IMG/VR virus record: IMGVR_UViG_3300033066_002255
Direction: 5' to 3' (one strand)
DNA length: 64,000 bases
Origin: a virus
Lineage: Duplodnaviria; Caudoviricetes
The notes below the pieces were generated by a model. It ran no database searches and was not told the origin of the DNA. It saw only the letters and a list, made by a program, of their open reading frames with translations. How positions within the stretch are numbered: position 1 is the first letter of the stretch; each line of letters begins with the position of its first letter. Below, piece after piece: positions 1 to 9,069 of the stretch. A program made the translations under genes and the position numbers.

Positions 1-1
1 T

Positions 2-196
2 TTAGCAGATTTTACTGGAGCAACAGTAACTCCATCTGCAACAGTTATAGCTGGATTAGTAACTTCAGCAATTGGTGCTATTTCAATGGGAGCTGGTAAA
101 TATGGCAAAGAAAATATAGATAATACTCAAAATCAAATGGACCCTGATACAGCTGCTAAAATAATAGCTGCAAGAAAATTGAGAGGTTTAAAATAA
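2..196 (+). CDS. 3' end of a hypothetical protein (truncated by window start) with a hydrophobic Gly/Ala-rich segment
   Basis: Open frame from base 2 (LADFTGATVTPSATVIAGLVTSAIGAISMGAG...ARKLRGLK) ending in TAA at 194-196, followed by a terminator. Confidence 0.75.
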   Translation, partial: LADFTGATVTPSATVIAGLVTSAIGAISMGAGKYGKENIDNTQNQMDPDTAAKIIAARKLRGLK

Positions 197-210
197 AAAA
201 TAAATTTACA

Positions 211-244
211 AAAAAGGCCAGAATGTTTATTTCTGGCCTTTTTT
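211..244. terminator. Bidirectional intrinsic terminator
   Basis: AAAAAGGCCAGAA...TTCTGGCCTTTTTT hairpin between convergent genes. Confidence 0.85.
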
Positions 245-605
245 ATTTATTAAATTTTTCAGTTTTATATTGTTTTAATAAATAAACTATTTCTAAACTT
301 TCATCTCGAATATTTTTCATATTCTTAAATTGAGGAATTTGTTTTATAACCAAATGATAAAAGGCAAAATAAGCTATTGAAAAACATAAACCCCAAGTTA
401 GAGTTTCTTGTGTTGGTCCATATTTATAAAGCCTATAAAAGAAATTTATCATAAAAAATGGAAAAATAAAAAAGAAAATGGTACTTTCTTTATATAAAAA
501 GGAAATAACTTTATGGTATTTAATCCAAAAATCAATCTTTGAAATATCTTTATCTTTAAAAAGGATATTGATTTCTTTTTTTATAGTTTCTGAATTACTA
601 TTCAT
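243..605 (-). CDS. Hypothetical membrane protein (2 TM)
   Basis: 120 aa ORF with two hydrophobic stretches; preceded by the shared TGAAAC-type promoter motif. Confidence 0.7.
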   Translation of the reverse strand: MNSNSETIKKEINILFKDKDISKIDFWIKYHKVISFLYKESTIFFFIFPFFMINFFYRLYKYGPTQETLTWGLCFSIAYFAFYHLVIKQIPQFKNMKNIRDESLEIVYLLKQYKTEKFNK

Positions 606-631
606 AAATATACTTATTTAAGTTTTATATT

Positions 632-661
632 ATTATACGTTTATAAAGCAAAAAAGTTTCA
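632..661 (-). promoter_or_regulatory. Putative ECF-sigma-like promoter TGAAACTTTTTT-N9-ACGTATAAT
   Basis: Same bipartite motif with identical spacing recurs at 5289-5318; both copies lie upstream of minus-strand genes. Confidence 0.6.
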
Positions 662-709
662 TTGTAATAAATATTTTACCTTTTCCAGGATATTTATGAA
701 TAAAAAGTT

Positions 710-1603
710 ATGGTTAAATTAGGAGATAAGGGAGCAGAAGTAACAGAAGTACAAAAACTTCTTTCTATGCTTGGTTATGATTTAGTTATTGATGGCAGTT
801 TTGGAGATAGAACAGAAAGGTCATTAAGAGCATTTCAGAAAAAAATGGGGCTTACTGTAGATGGAGTAGCTGGACCTAAAACAGTAGAAACTCTAAAAGC
901 TTCTCAAAAAAGAACTGCAAAAGAAGAAAAAAGCGACCTTATTCCAAAAGATTATGGTACTTTAGATATTGACAAATCTTGTTTGTTAGATTCAAGTCAA
1001 TACTTAAGACAAACAACAAAAAAAGATAAATTATTTATTCATTTTACTGCTGGTGGTCCAAGTGCTATAAATGTAATTAAATATTGGGATTCAGATGAGG
1101 TGAAAGTATCAACAGCTTTTGTAATTGATGGTTCTAGTGGCAAAATTTTTGAATGTTTCGACCCTGATTTTTGGAGTTTCCACCTAGGAATCAAAGGAAC
1201 AAATGGAGCACTTGATAAATTTTCTATTGGAATAGAAATTTGTGCATGGGGTCCAGTAACAAAAAAAGATGATAAATATTATAGTTATACAGATAAAGAA
1301 TTACCAGCTAATGAAATTTACGAATTAGATAAACCCTTTAGAGGTTATAAATATTTTCATAAAGTTTCTGATGAACAATTTAAAAGTTTAGAATTACTTG
1401 TAGATTGGCTTATCACAAAATATAACATTCCTATTCAAAAAAGTTTTGATGAGACTTGGTTTGATTTTCAACAAAGTGTTATAGATAATAAGACTCCTGG
1501 AGTTTGGACTCATACTACAGTTAGAAAAGATAAGAGTGATATGTATCCAGATAAAAGATTAATTGATATGCTTAATAGACTTGGTAAAAAACATAATTCT
1601 TAA
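710..1603 (+). CDS. Endolysin: N-terminal peptidoglycan-binding domain plus N-acetylmuramoyl-L-alanine amidase (Amidase_2)
   Basis: LGDKGAEVTEVQKLL..DGSFG..TERSLRAFQKKMGLTVDGVAGPKT PG-binding motif; amidase motifs IHFTAG, SIGIEIC, HTTVRKDKSD. Confidence 0.88.
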   Translation: MVKLGDKGAEVTEVQKLLSMLGYDLVIDGSFGDRTERSLRAFQKKMGLTVDGVAGPKTVETLKASQKRTAKEEKSDLIPKDYGTLDIDKSCLLDSSQYLRQTTKKDKLFIHFTAGGPSAINVIKYWDSDEVKVSTAFVIDGSSGKIFECFDPDFWSFHLGIKGTNGALDKFSIGIEICAWGPVTKKDDKYYSYTDKELPANEIYELDKPFRGYKYFHKVSDEQFKSLELLVDWLITKYNIPIQKSFDETWFDFQQSVIDNKTPGVWTHTTVRKDKSDMYPDKRLIDMLNRLGKKHNS

Positions 1604-1604
1604 T

Positions 1605-1823
1605 ATGACTACTAAAAACTGGTCTGAGACTGAATTAAAAAATATGATTAAAGACATAGTTAAGCAAGAGCTTAAAGATGTAAAATCTGATATTGATAAA
1701 ATTAAAAAAAGTCATAAAGAATTAACTGATGAAGAAAAAGTAAAAGACATTGTTAGAGCAACTCTTGTCAATATGTATAAATACTTATGGCAAAAATCAG
1801 GAAATTATATAAAACAAATTTAA
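1605..1823 (+). CDS. Small hypothetical late protein with helical tag (start revised to ATG 1605)
   Basis: ATG directly after endolysin stop; ELKNMIKDIVKQEL motif. Confidence 0.7.
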   Translation: MTTKNWSETELKNMIKDIVKQELKDVKSDIDKIKKSHKELTDEEKVKDIVRATLVNMYKYLWQKSGNYIKQI

Positions 1824-1824
1824 A

Positions 1825-2556
1825 ATGAATAGAGAAAAGTTACAACAAATAATAAAAACTTCTGTGCAAGAAGTTGCACATGAATATCTTAAAGAGCTTA
1901 ATAGAATGAAGCAAATAAAAGATACTGATAATTTTCTTAATTCTTCAAGTATTAGTGAAGATGATTTTGATACTGTCTTTTTTCATGGAGGTCATAAACC
2001 TAAAACTGATGAGAAAAAATTAAAATCTCCAGTTACAATCAATGAAAATACAAACAATAACTTGAAAATTACAACAAGTGAAATCAAGGAATTTGAAAAT
2101 AGTTTTAAGGATATTTTAGACAAAACTCCTGGAGCTTCTATTGTATTTGATAAACAGAAAAATGGATTTTCTATTATAGCAACTAAAAGAACTGACGGTG
2201 TAGAAGCTAAGGCTTCTGGAATTTTAAATTTAGGAGATAAAGGTAAAATAATTTGGTCCTATTCTATCTTAAATGGTTTTAATGTTAATGCTCAAAATTT
2301 AAAATTGAGTGATAGTAATAAATTTATGTTTGAAGCTTTAACAAATCACTATAATGATTGGCAAAAAAATTGGAGAGATAAGCTAAATTTACCAAGTGCG
2401 CCTTCTTCTGAGGAAAATACAATAGCACCAGGAACAGATATGGGACAAGCAGATATGCCTTCAGCTCAAAATGCCTTAGGCCTTGGAGCTCAAAGTGCTC
2501 CAAGTGGAGGTGTAGCAGCACCAGAAGGTGGCGCTTCAGCAAATCCTGGAATTTAA
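1825..2556 (+). CDS. Hypothetical protein, putative virion-internal protein
   Basis: ORF; N-terminal KLQQIIKTSVQE tag; low-complexity C-terminus. Confidence 0.7.
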   Translation: MNREKLQQIIKTSVQEVAHEYLKELNRMKQIKDTDNFLNSSSISEDDFDTVFFHGGHKPKTDEKKLKSPVTINENTNNNLKITTSEIKEFENSFKDILDKTPGASIVFDKQKNGFSIIATKRTDGVEAKASGILNLGDKGKIIWSYSILNGFNVNAQNLKLSDSNKFMFEALTNHYNDWQKNWRDKLNLPSAPSSEENTIAPGTDMGQADMPSAQNALGLGAQSAPSGGVAAPEGGASANPGI

Positions 2557-2594
2557 TATTTACTTTTTTTTTATCATATCTTATATTTATTATT

Positions 2595-2885
2595 ATGCCT
2601 ACAATTCAGCAAATAATAAACAACCAAGAAACTTATAAGGATAAAATTTTTATTTTTCTTAAAGAAGAGGTAAAGCAAGTCAAGGGAGAACTAAAAAACA
2701 TTAATTCTTCTGATGAATTTATCATGAAAGAAAGAGAAAAACTTTTAAAGAAATTTAAAAGAACAAGTACCATAGAATCTATTAAAAAGTATTTTTTTCT
2801 TAGTAAGAAAAGAGATGATACTTATTATGTTTGGTGGGATGATTTAATTCAAGAAGTAATTATTAAAAGATATGACAAAAAATAG
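2595..2885 (+). CDS. Hypothetical protein
   Basis: ORF in operon context. Confidence 0.65.
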   Translation: MPTIQQIINNQETYKDKIFIFLKEEVKQVKGELKNINSSDEFIMKEREKLLKKFKRTSTIESIKKYFFLSKKRDDTYYVWWDDLIQEVIIKRYDKK

Positions 2886-3393
2886 AAAAAACACATTACC
2901 AATTTTAATTGACATTAAATTCAATGGTTCAATGAATCAATTTGAAGAAGTTTATGGAGAGCATGTTAAACATGCAGAAATAGAGCAAGAAAGCTACATT
3001 GACCTTAAGGGTATGATATTTGAAAAAATAAATCCCAATATTAAAATTAGAAAATTTAATAGAGAGAAACACACTTTAACTTTAAAGGCAGATATGCTTG
3101 AAAAAGAGTATCAATTTTTACAAGATATATTAGCTGGAAAAGTTATTGATGAAGTTAAAACTAACGACAAAAAAAAGAATCCAGAAGGTGTACAATATAT
3201 AGAAAAATTTAATTTTTTACATGATTTTATTATCTCTAAAGTTAAAATAATGACTGAAGAAGATTTATTAAAAATAAGAAAAGGTACAGTTTCTGAAGAA
3301 GATAATTCCTATGAAGATGATGAGAAAATAACAGAAGTTTCGTTGGATGAAGCAGAAGATGTAGAAGATTTTAGAGAAGAAGAATTTGAATAA
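2872..3393 (+). CDS. Hypothetical protein with acidic C-terminus
   Basis: ORF overlapping the previous stop. Confidence 0.7.
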   Translation: MTKNRKNTLPILIDIKFNGSMNQFEEVYGEHVKHAEIEQESYIDLKGMIFEKINPNIKIRKFNREKHTLTLKADMLEKEYQFLQDILAGKVIDEVKTNDKKKNPEGVQYIEKFNFLHDFIISKVKIMTEEDLLKIRKGTVSEEDNSYEDDEKITEVSLDEAEDVEDFREEEFE

Positions 3394-3414
3394 TATTTAT
3401 AGAAAAAAGTTAAT

Positions 3415-4242
3415 ATGGAAAATAATGCACAAAATGAGCTTCAAAGAAGAAGACAAGAAATGTTTAGAAACATGGGAGTTGCAAATGCTGGTAAAATATT
3501 AAATGAATCTGCAGTTGCTGGAGGTGGAGCAAATTCAGATATGGCAGCTAAAATAGCAGCAATTAAGAGCGGAGCGGCAAGAGGAGCTGTCACAAATGCA
3601 ATAAGCGCTATAGAAGGAGGTAATAAGCAACAATTTAAAGCTATACCAGATTCAAGTAGAAATAAATTTGCAAAAGAACAAGTTAATCCTGAATATAGCC
3701 AAAAAGTAGAATCTTTTGACTTACCATCTGGAAGAAGTTCAGAATTAGCAGCTATAGAGTCAATGTTTGGAAGTGATGGTCCTTCAAGAGGCGCAAATAG
3801 ACAAAATTCTGGCTATGAGCAATTTGCTCAAAATCCTTTGAATACAGAATTAAATATTGATGATATAGTAATGCCTACATTTAATCCTCATGCTGCTTTA
3901 CAGCAAAAGGCAATGAAGCAACAAAATAAAAATAATGCTCAAAGTCCTTATTTAAAATTTGCCAGCGATAATCCAATTCAACAAGAACAATTTGAAGATT
4001 TCATTCCTCAGCAACAGCAACAACAACAAGGCATAAACTTGAATTTCAATAATCTTCAAATGATGATGGAAACAATTGCTAAAGGTATAGCTGAAAAAAC
4101 AATTAAAAATGTTTTAAATGAATATACTGAACAACAAAAAGGTAGAATTTATATTGAAAAATTTGATAAAGAAAGAAATATTATAAAAACCTCTGATGGC
4201 AAATACTATAGAGTAACTCAAGTAGAACCAAAAAAGAAATAA
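3415..4242 (+). CDS. Hypothetical Gln-rich, largely disordered protein
   Basis: ORF with TATTTAT upstream; poly-Q tract. Confidence 0.7.
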   Translation: MENNAQNELQRRRQEMFRNMGVANAGKILNESAVAGGGANSDMAAKIAAIKSGAARGAVTNAISAIEGGNKQQFKAIPDSSRNKFAKEQVNPEYSQKVESFDLPSGRSSELAAIESMFGSDGPSRGANRQNSGYEQFAQNPLNTELNIDDIVMPTFNPHAALQQKAMKQQNKNNAQSPYLKFASDNPIQQEQFEDFIPQQQQQQQGINLNFNNLQMMMETIAKGIAEKTIKNVLNEYTEQQKGRIYIEKFDKERNIIKTSDGKYYRVTQVEPKKK

Positions 4243-4743
4243 TTATAAATCATCTCCAAAATCAAAAGATTCTGTAAAAATAATCTTTAATTTAGCAGAT
4301 TGTAACAAGGTGCCAGCTTTTAGTTTTTCCAGATAATCCTTTGGAGAACCTGAAAGCTTTCTTGTTTTATCTTCTTGTATACTTTTAACAACTTGATTAA
4401 TTCTACAAGCTTCTATAAGAGACTTTTGACTATATGTTGAATTTACTAATTCAACCCAACCCTTTTCTATTGCAATATCAATATGCTGAGTGACATGGCA
4501 AGCCTTACATAAAATTGTACACTTTGAGTTTTCATTGTTTTCTTCATCAACTTCAATTACATGCATTGATAAGACCGACAAAATTTTACTATCATCCAGC
4601 GGTCTATATCCACATCCCATACAAACAGATTTACACTCTTTAAATGTTTTATTTCTTAGCTCTAAGTATTTTGCATCACCAATTGATTTCTTAAATTCAT
4701 TATCTGATGGTGAAATTCTTAGTTTTAAATCAAATTCTTCCAT
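4243..4743 (-). CDS. HNH-like zinc-binding protein (resembles IcmJ/DotN-type degenerate HNH)
   Basis: CMGCG...H...N...LCKACHVTQH pattern; TAATG coupling to the IF-3 gene. Confidence 0.55.
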   Translation of the reverse strand: MEEFDLKLRISPSDNEFKKSIGDAKYLELRNKTFKECKSVCMGCGYRPLDDSKILSVLSMHVIEVDEENNENSKCTILCKACHVTQHIDIAIEKGWVELVNSTYSQKSLIEACRINQVVKSIQEDKTRKLSGSPKDYLEKLKAGTLLQSAKLKIIFTESFDFGDDL

Positions 4744-5261
4744 TACTTACTTGTTGGCTTTGGCTTAATAATAAATTGCATTTTTTTACCCTCCATTTTA
4801 GGCAATCCTTCTGGAGTTCCGTATTCACTAAGTAAATCAGCAAATTTAAGCATGGTAATTTGGCCTTGCTCTTTAAAAACGATAGTTCTACCCTTAAACA
4901 GAAGCGTCACTTTAACTTTATCTCCATTTTCAAGAAATTCTTTACTTTTTCTTGCTTTGGTTTCCATATCATGGTCTCCAATATTAGGACTTAAGGACAT
5001 TTCTTTTGTTTGGCTTGTCTTTTGGTTTTTCTTGTTATCTTTCTCTTTTTTCTTTATTTCATAAAGAAATTTAGAATACTCCATAATTTTACAAACTACT
5101 GGAGTAGATTTATTCGAAATTTCGATTAAGTCTGCATTTAATTCTTTGGCTATAATTAAAGCTGACGCAATAGGATAAACTCCATCTGTATATCCTTCGG
5201 GTAGCGATACTAAACGAACTTCTTTCGCTTGTATTTTTTGGTTAATTTTGTGATTTTCCAA
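4743..5261 (-). CDS. infC: Translation initiation factor IF-3
   Basis: INQKIQAKEVRLV, PVVCKIMEYSKFLYE, IGDHDMETK, FLENGDKVKV.L.FKGR, PKMEGKKM motifs; non-ATG start. Confidence 0.93.
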   Translation of the reverse strand: MENHKINQKIQAKEVRLVSLPEGYTDGVYPIASALIIAKELNADLIEISNKSTPVVCKIMEYSKFLYEIKKKEKDNKKNQKTSQTKEMSLSPNIGDHDMETKARKSKEFLENGDKVKVTLLFKGRTIVFKEQGQITMLKFADLLSEYGTPEGLPKMEGKKMQFIIKPKPTSK

Positions 5262-5288
5262 TGGTTATAAGTTATTTTATTGTATTTA

Positions 5289-5318
5289 ATTATACGTAAA
5301 TATAAGAAAAAAGTTTCA
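5289..5318 (-). promoter_or_regulatory. Putative ECF-sigma-like promoter, second copy
   Basis: TGAAACTTTTTT-N9-ACGTATAAT on the minus strand upstream of infC. Confidence 0.6.
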
Positions 5319-5374
5319 ATAATTTTCAAAATTCGATTTTTTTTCAAGTATTTATAATAAAAACTATAACAATC

Positions 5375-6061
5375 ATGGAAAATAACTCAAGCAAAAAGAT
5401 AACAAAAAAAGAGCTTCAAAGCTATATTATCTCTGAGGCAATGAAAATGTTAAATGCTGGCGACGCTATGGAAGTAGAAATGAACACAATGGATAAAGAA
5501 GTTGGTTCAGATGGTAATCCAGGTACAGCTTTAGTTAAAACTAAAGAAAAAGGTGGTTTCGAAAAGAAAAACGATGCTCCTGATGCAGCAAAAAATATTG
5601 AAACTACAGAAGAAACTACTGAGGTAGAAATGAACCAAAATGATAATGAGGGTGGTTCTGATGAAAAAATTGCAGCTGCAGTTAAAGTTGATGCGACTAG
5701 TTCTACAAAAAAAGGAGATTCAATTGAAGGTATGCACAATGCTAAATTTGATAGCAAAGATAAAAATCCTTCTACAGATTCTTCAAAACCTTTTGAGGAT
5801 AAAAAAGAAAAAGTAGAAATGAACTCAATGGATGAAGATAGCGAAGGTGGAGCAAAAACTTTTGTTACAGCTGGTTCTGAAATGTCAAAAGGAGCTTCTA
5901 CTGGACAAGCAAAAGCAAATTATTCAGAAACTGCTAAAAACGAAAAAGAAACTGCTGAAACTATTGCAAAAGCAATTCAATTACCAGAAAGATTTGAAAA
6001 TAAAACAGCAATGTTAAAATTCATAAAAGAAGAAGCAGAAAAAATTGCTAAACTTATATAA
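5375..6061 (+). CDS. Acidic disordered protein, putative head-internal/core protein
   Basis: KITKKELQSYIISEA tag; repeated VEMN motif; TATTTAT at 5349. Confidence 0.7.
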   Translation: MENNSSKKITKKELQSYIISEAMKMLNAGDAMEVEMNTMDKEVGSDGNPGTALVKTKEKGGFEKKNDAPDAAKNIETTEETTEVEMNQNDNEGGSDEKIAAAVKVDATSSTKKGDSIEGMHNAKFDSKDKNPSTDSSKPFEDKKEKVEMNSMDEDSEGGAKTFVTAGSEMSKGASTGQAKANYSETAKNEKETAETIAKAIQLPERFENKTAMLKFIKEEAEKIAKLI

Positions 6062-6081
6062 AAAGTAAAAAAAATAATTTT

Positions 6082-6114
6082 AAAAAACCAAGAGCAATAC
6101 ACTCTTGGTTTTTT
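6082..6114 (+). terminator. Intrinsic terminator
   Basis: AAAAAACCAAGAG/CTCTTGGTTTTTT hairpin. Confidence 0.85.
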
Positions 6115-6148
6115 GTTTTATTATACCTATATTTTAAAAAAAATAATT

Positions 6149-8149
6149 ATGATTTTAAATTTTGAAAAATATGCTAAATCTTTTTTGTTTGTTAATCATG
6201 ACACACCAGAAGGAGATGTTTACTACTGCGATTGCGGAGAGGTTATTACAAAAGAAAGTAATAGAAAAGAACTTCAAGAAGAATATGAAAAAGTAAATAA
6301 AGATGTAATTGTATTAGCTAACGATGAAGAAGAAGTAGCTCAAGAATTTAGAGATTTATATAAAAACGCAAAACTTGGAATAGAAGAAGAAGTTTGCTGT
6401 CCTAATTGTGGCAGAAATTTTTTAAGTTCTACAAGTATAGAACAATTAATTACAAATAATTATAATTTCATATCTGGCTATTCTTTTGAGGAAAATTCAA
6501 GTGATGTTATATTATTTTACTCAGTTATAAAGTCTGATTTATCTTCAACTGAAAAAGTTAATTTTATTGAATCTGTGAAATATATTAGATTCTCAAAAGA
6601 AGATAAAAAATTATATTACAAGAGTTTAAATGAACAAGAAAAAGAATTTGACCTAGATGAAGTATCAAATATTTGTGATGAATTTTTTGTATTTGATACT
6701 GTGAAGGTTGTTAATATCATTGATATGCATCTTTTTATTGGAAGATTAGCTAATTTTATAATTGATGCTAAAAATATAGATATTATCAATGAATTATTGG
6801 AAAATCTTAGAGGTAATGTATCAAATGCAGGACTAGATATTATAAAGAAAATCACAATAATTTTTCTAGGTATTATTAAATACTCTAATTTATCTACTAT
6901 CGCAATGACAAAAGGACCAGTTTTTTTATATGACCTTATGACAGAGTGTAGTGTGCCAAAGCCTTCAGTTTTAATAGAAAATAATGTTACTTCTCCAATT
7001 AAAATATTTAATTTTCTGATTCAAAATTATATTAAAAAATTAAATGTTGAAGTAAATGCAGATAATAAAGAAGTTCATGAATTTAAATTTAAATCAGCCA
7101 AAAGAATTGAATATGATTCTTCTGGAGAAAATGTAGTCGTGAAAGACCTTGACGGAATTGAGGAAAAGGCTATTGTAATTGCTACAAACATTGATTACAA
7201 TTCAAAAAAAGTAAAAAAAGATAAAGGACAATATCAAGTAGAAGAAGCAATAGAAGACGGGTCAGTTTCTAAGTTTATTTTTAATAAAATAAACAAATTT
7301 AGCGAATATAAAAAAATTATAAAATTCTTTAAACATGTTGACAAGCAAGAATTAATATTGCTTTTACAAAAATATGAAATAGGATTTCTCGTAGAAGTAA
7401 TTGATTTAATTTACTTTAGAAACAAAGTTTCTTTTAAAGAATTAGAAAGAATTTTAGATATAATTTTTGACTATACTTCAATAGAATCTAAAAAACACTG
7501 CAAAGTAATGGATGGTATTCTTAGAATGGATTATAGCAGAGTTAAAAGCTTTAGCTTTATTAATTATGATGATTCATTAATGATGATGGAAGTTTTAAAG
7601 TTTGACCCAAGAATTGATTTTAATAAAATAAGAACTTATAAAGAATTAAATGCGTATCATGATAATTTAATTAAATTCTTCTCTGTTTTAAAAGAAGAGG
7701 AAAAGAATGGCTCAATTATGGAATTTGTTTCTAAATTTAAATCTCTTGAAAGTAGAGAAGATTATGATGGACCTCTTGAAATTAGATTATTATCAACTCC
7801 TGGTATGATTATTAAAGAAGGTGTAGAAATGAAACACAGTGCTTCTGCTTATGCTAAAAATGTAGCACAAGGGTTTTATTTGATGGGGCAAGTCTTTGAC
7901 AAAGACCCTAATAGAACAAATTCAGAGCCTCCAAGATACACAATAGGTTTTCATTATGACAAGTTAGCTGGCTTAGAATTTGAGCAAGTGAAAGGATTCG
8001 CAAATGAGCTTGGAGAAGGTATTCCTAAAAAAACAGATAGGTTTAAAAAACTAATGATGGAATGGTTAACAGTAAAAGATATTTCCTTTAGACCTATAAA
8101 TGATTTAAAATTAAATTGGGAAAGCAGTAATATAGATGAAAAGCTATAA
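6149..8149 (+). CDS. PcfJ-like domain protein with N-terminal Zn-binding Cys motifs (start revised to ATG 6149)
   Basis: CDCG and CPNCG; C-terminal EGVEMKHSASAY...YTIGF...EQVKGFAN resembles PcfJ-like domain. Confidence 0.6.
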   Translation: MILNFEKYAKSFLFVNHDTPEGDVYYCDCGEVITKESNRKELQEEYEKVNKDVIVLANDEEEVAQEFRDLYKNAKLGIEEEVCCPNCGRNFLSSTSIEQLITNNYNFISGYSFEENSSDVILFYSVIKSDLSSTEKVNFIESVKYIRFSKEDKKLYYKSLNEQEKEFDLDEVSNICDEFFVFDTVKVVNIIDMHLFIGRLANFIIDAKNIDIINELLENLRGNVSNAGLDIIKKITIIFLGIIKYSNLSTIAMTKGPVFLYDLMTECSVPKPSVLIENNVTSPIKIFNFLIQNYIKKLNVEVNADNKEVHEFKFKSAKRIEYDSSGENVVVKDLDGIEEKAIVIATNIDYNSKKVKKDKGQYQVEEAIEDGSVSKFIFNKINKFSEYKKIIKFFKHVDKQELILLLQKYEIGFLVEVIDLIYFRNKVSFKELERILDIIFDYTSIESKKHCKVMDGILRMDYSRVKSFSFINYDDSLMMMEVLKFDPRIDFNKIRTYKELNAYHDNLIKFFSVLKEEEKNGSIMEFVSKFKSLESREDYDGPLEIRLLSTPGMIIKEGVEMKHSASAYAKNVAQGFYLMGQVFDKDPNRTNSEPPRYTIGFHYDKLAGLEFEQVKGFANELGEGIPKKTDRFKKLMMEWLTVKDISFRPINDLKLNWESSNIDEKL

Positions 8150-8498
8150 AGATATCTTTATATATAACAATGAAGATGAGTTAATTTCTTATGTTGAATT
8201 AGACAATAATGAAATTGCTCATCAATATTTACTTAAAAATAGGGAGTTAACAAAATGCAACATCTTTCTAAATAACAAAAAGAAAGAAATAAATAAAGTT
8301 AAAATACTTTTTAACGAAGACTGTTCTTTAAGGCATTTTATTTTAGACGGAGAAGCAATCTGCAGAGTTGTTAGAAAAAATTCTCATTCTATATCTCCTC
8401 CAAATGAAGAAGCAAGAATAACATTAAAAGATAATAAAAAAATAGATTTTTTTTCTATCAAAAAAAACCTTATAGAAGATTGGCTTAAATTACTGTAA
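8136..8498 (+). CDS. Hypothetical protein
   Basis: ORF overlapping previous gene end. Confidence 0.65.
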   Translation: MKSYKDIFIYNNEDELISYVELDNNEIAHQYLLKNRELTKCNIFLNNKKKEINKVKILFNEDCSLRHFILDGEAICRVVRKNSHSISPPNEEARITLKDNKKIDFFSIKKNLIEDWLKLL

Positions 8499-8533
8499 AC
8501 ATTATTTTTCAGGATATTTATAAGAAAATATTA

Positions 8534-9007
8534 ATGAAATTTAAGGATTTATATTTAAGCATTTTAAGTGAAAATGAGAATTTTTTCTACGTAGATACAG
8601 ATTGCATATCTGATATCTTGGATGTAACTATTAAAAAATCAGAAGACTATGTAAAAATTGATTTCGCTACCAACTATGGTAAAAAAGGTCAATTAGTAGT
8701 AAAATATTCAAAATTTTTAAATTGGTATCTTAATCATATCAATGAATTTCCTGATGTTTTTAAATCCTTTACAAAAGAATATATTGCAAAATCTAAACAG
8801 ACTCCTGAGCTAGAAGAAGAGCCTGTTACAGAAATTGTTGATGAAGAAGGGAATTTAATTTCAAATGATGACAAGCCAAACAATTCAACAAATACAATGG
8901 TTGGCTCTAAAAATACTTGGGATTTAGAAAAAGTTTATAAATCAACTATACCAAAAAGTATTAGGTTCTACAGTGGGGACCTCGGCATCGGCATAATAAC
9001 CTGGTGA
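8534..9007 (+). CDS. Hypothetical late protein
   Basis: MKFKDLYLSILSE start; TATTTAT at 8515. Confidence 0.7.
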   Translation: MKFKDLYLSILSENENFFYVDTDCISDILDVTIKKSEDYVKIDFATNYGKKGQLVVKYSKFLNWYLNHINEFPDVFKSFTKEYIAKSKQTPELEEEPVTEIVDEEGNLISNDDKPNNSTNTMVGSKNTWDLEKVYKSTIPKSIRFYSGDLGIGIITW

Positions 9008-9069
9008 TTGGAGTTATTATTTGGTAAATTCATTTTTATTTACTATTTATTATAAAATAGTTTTTAAAC

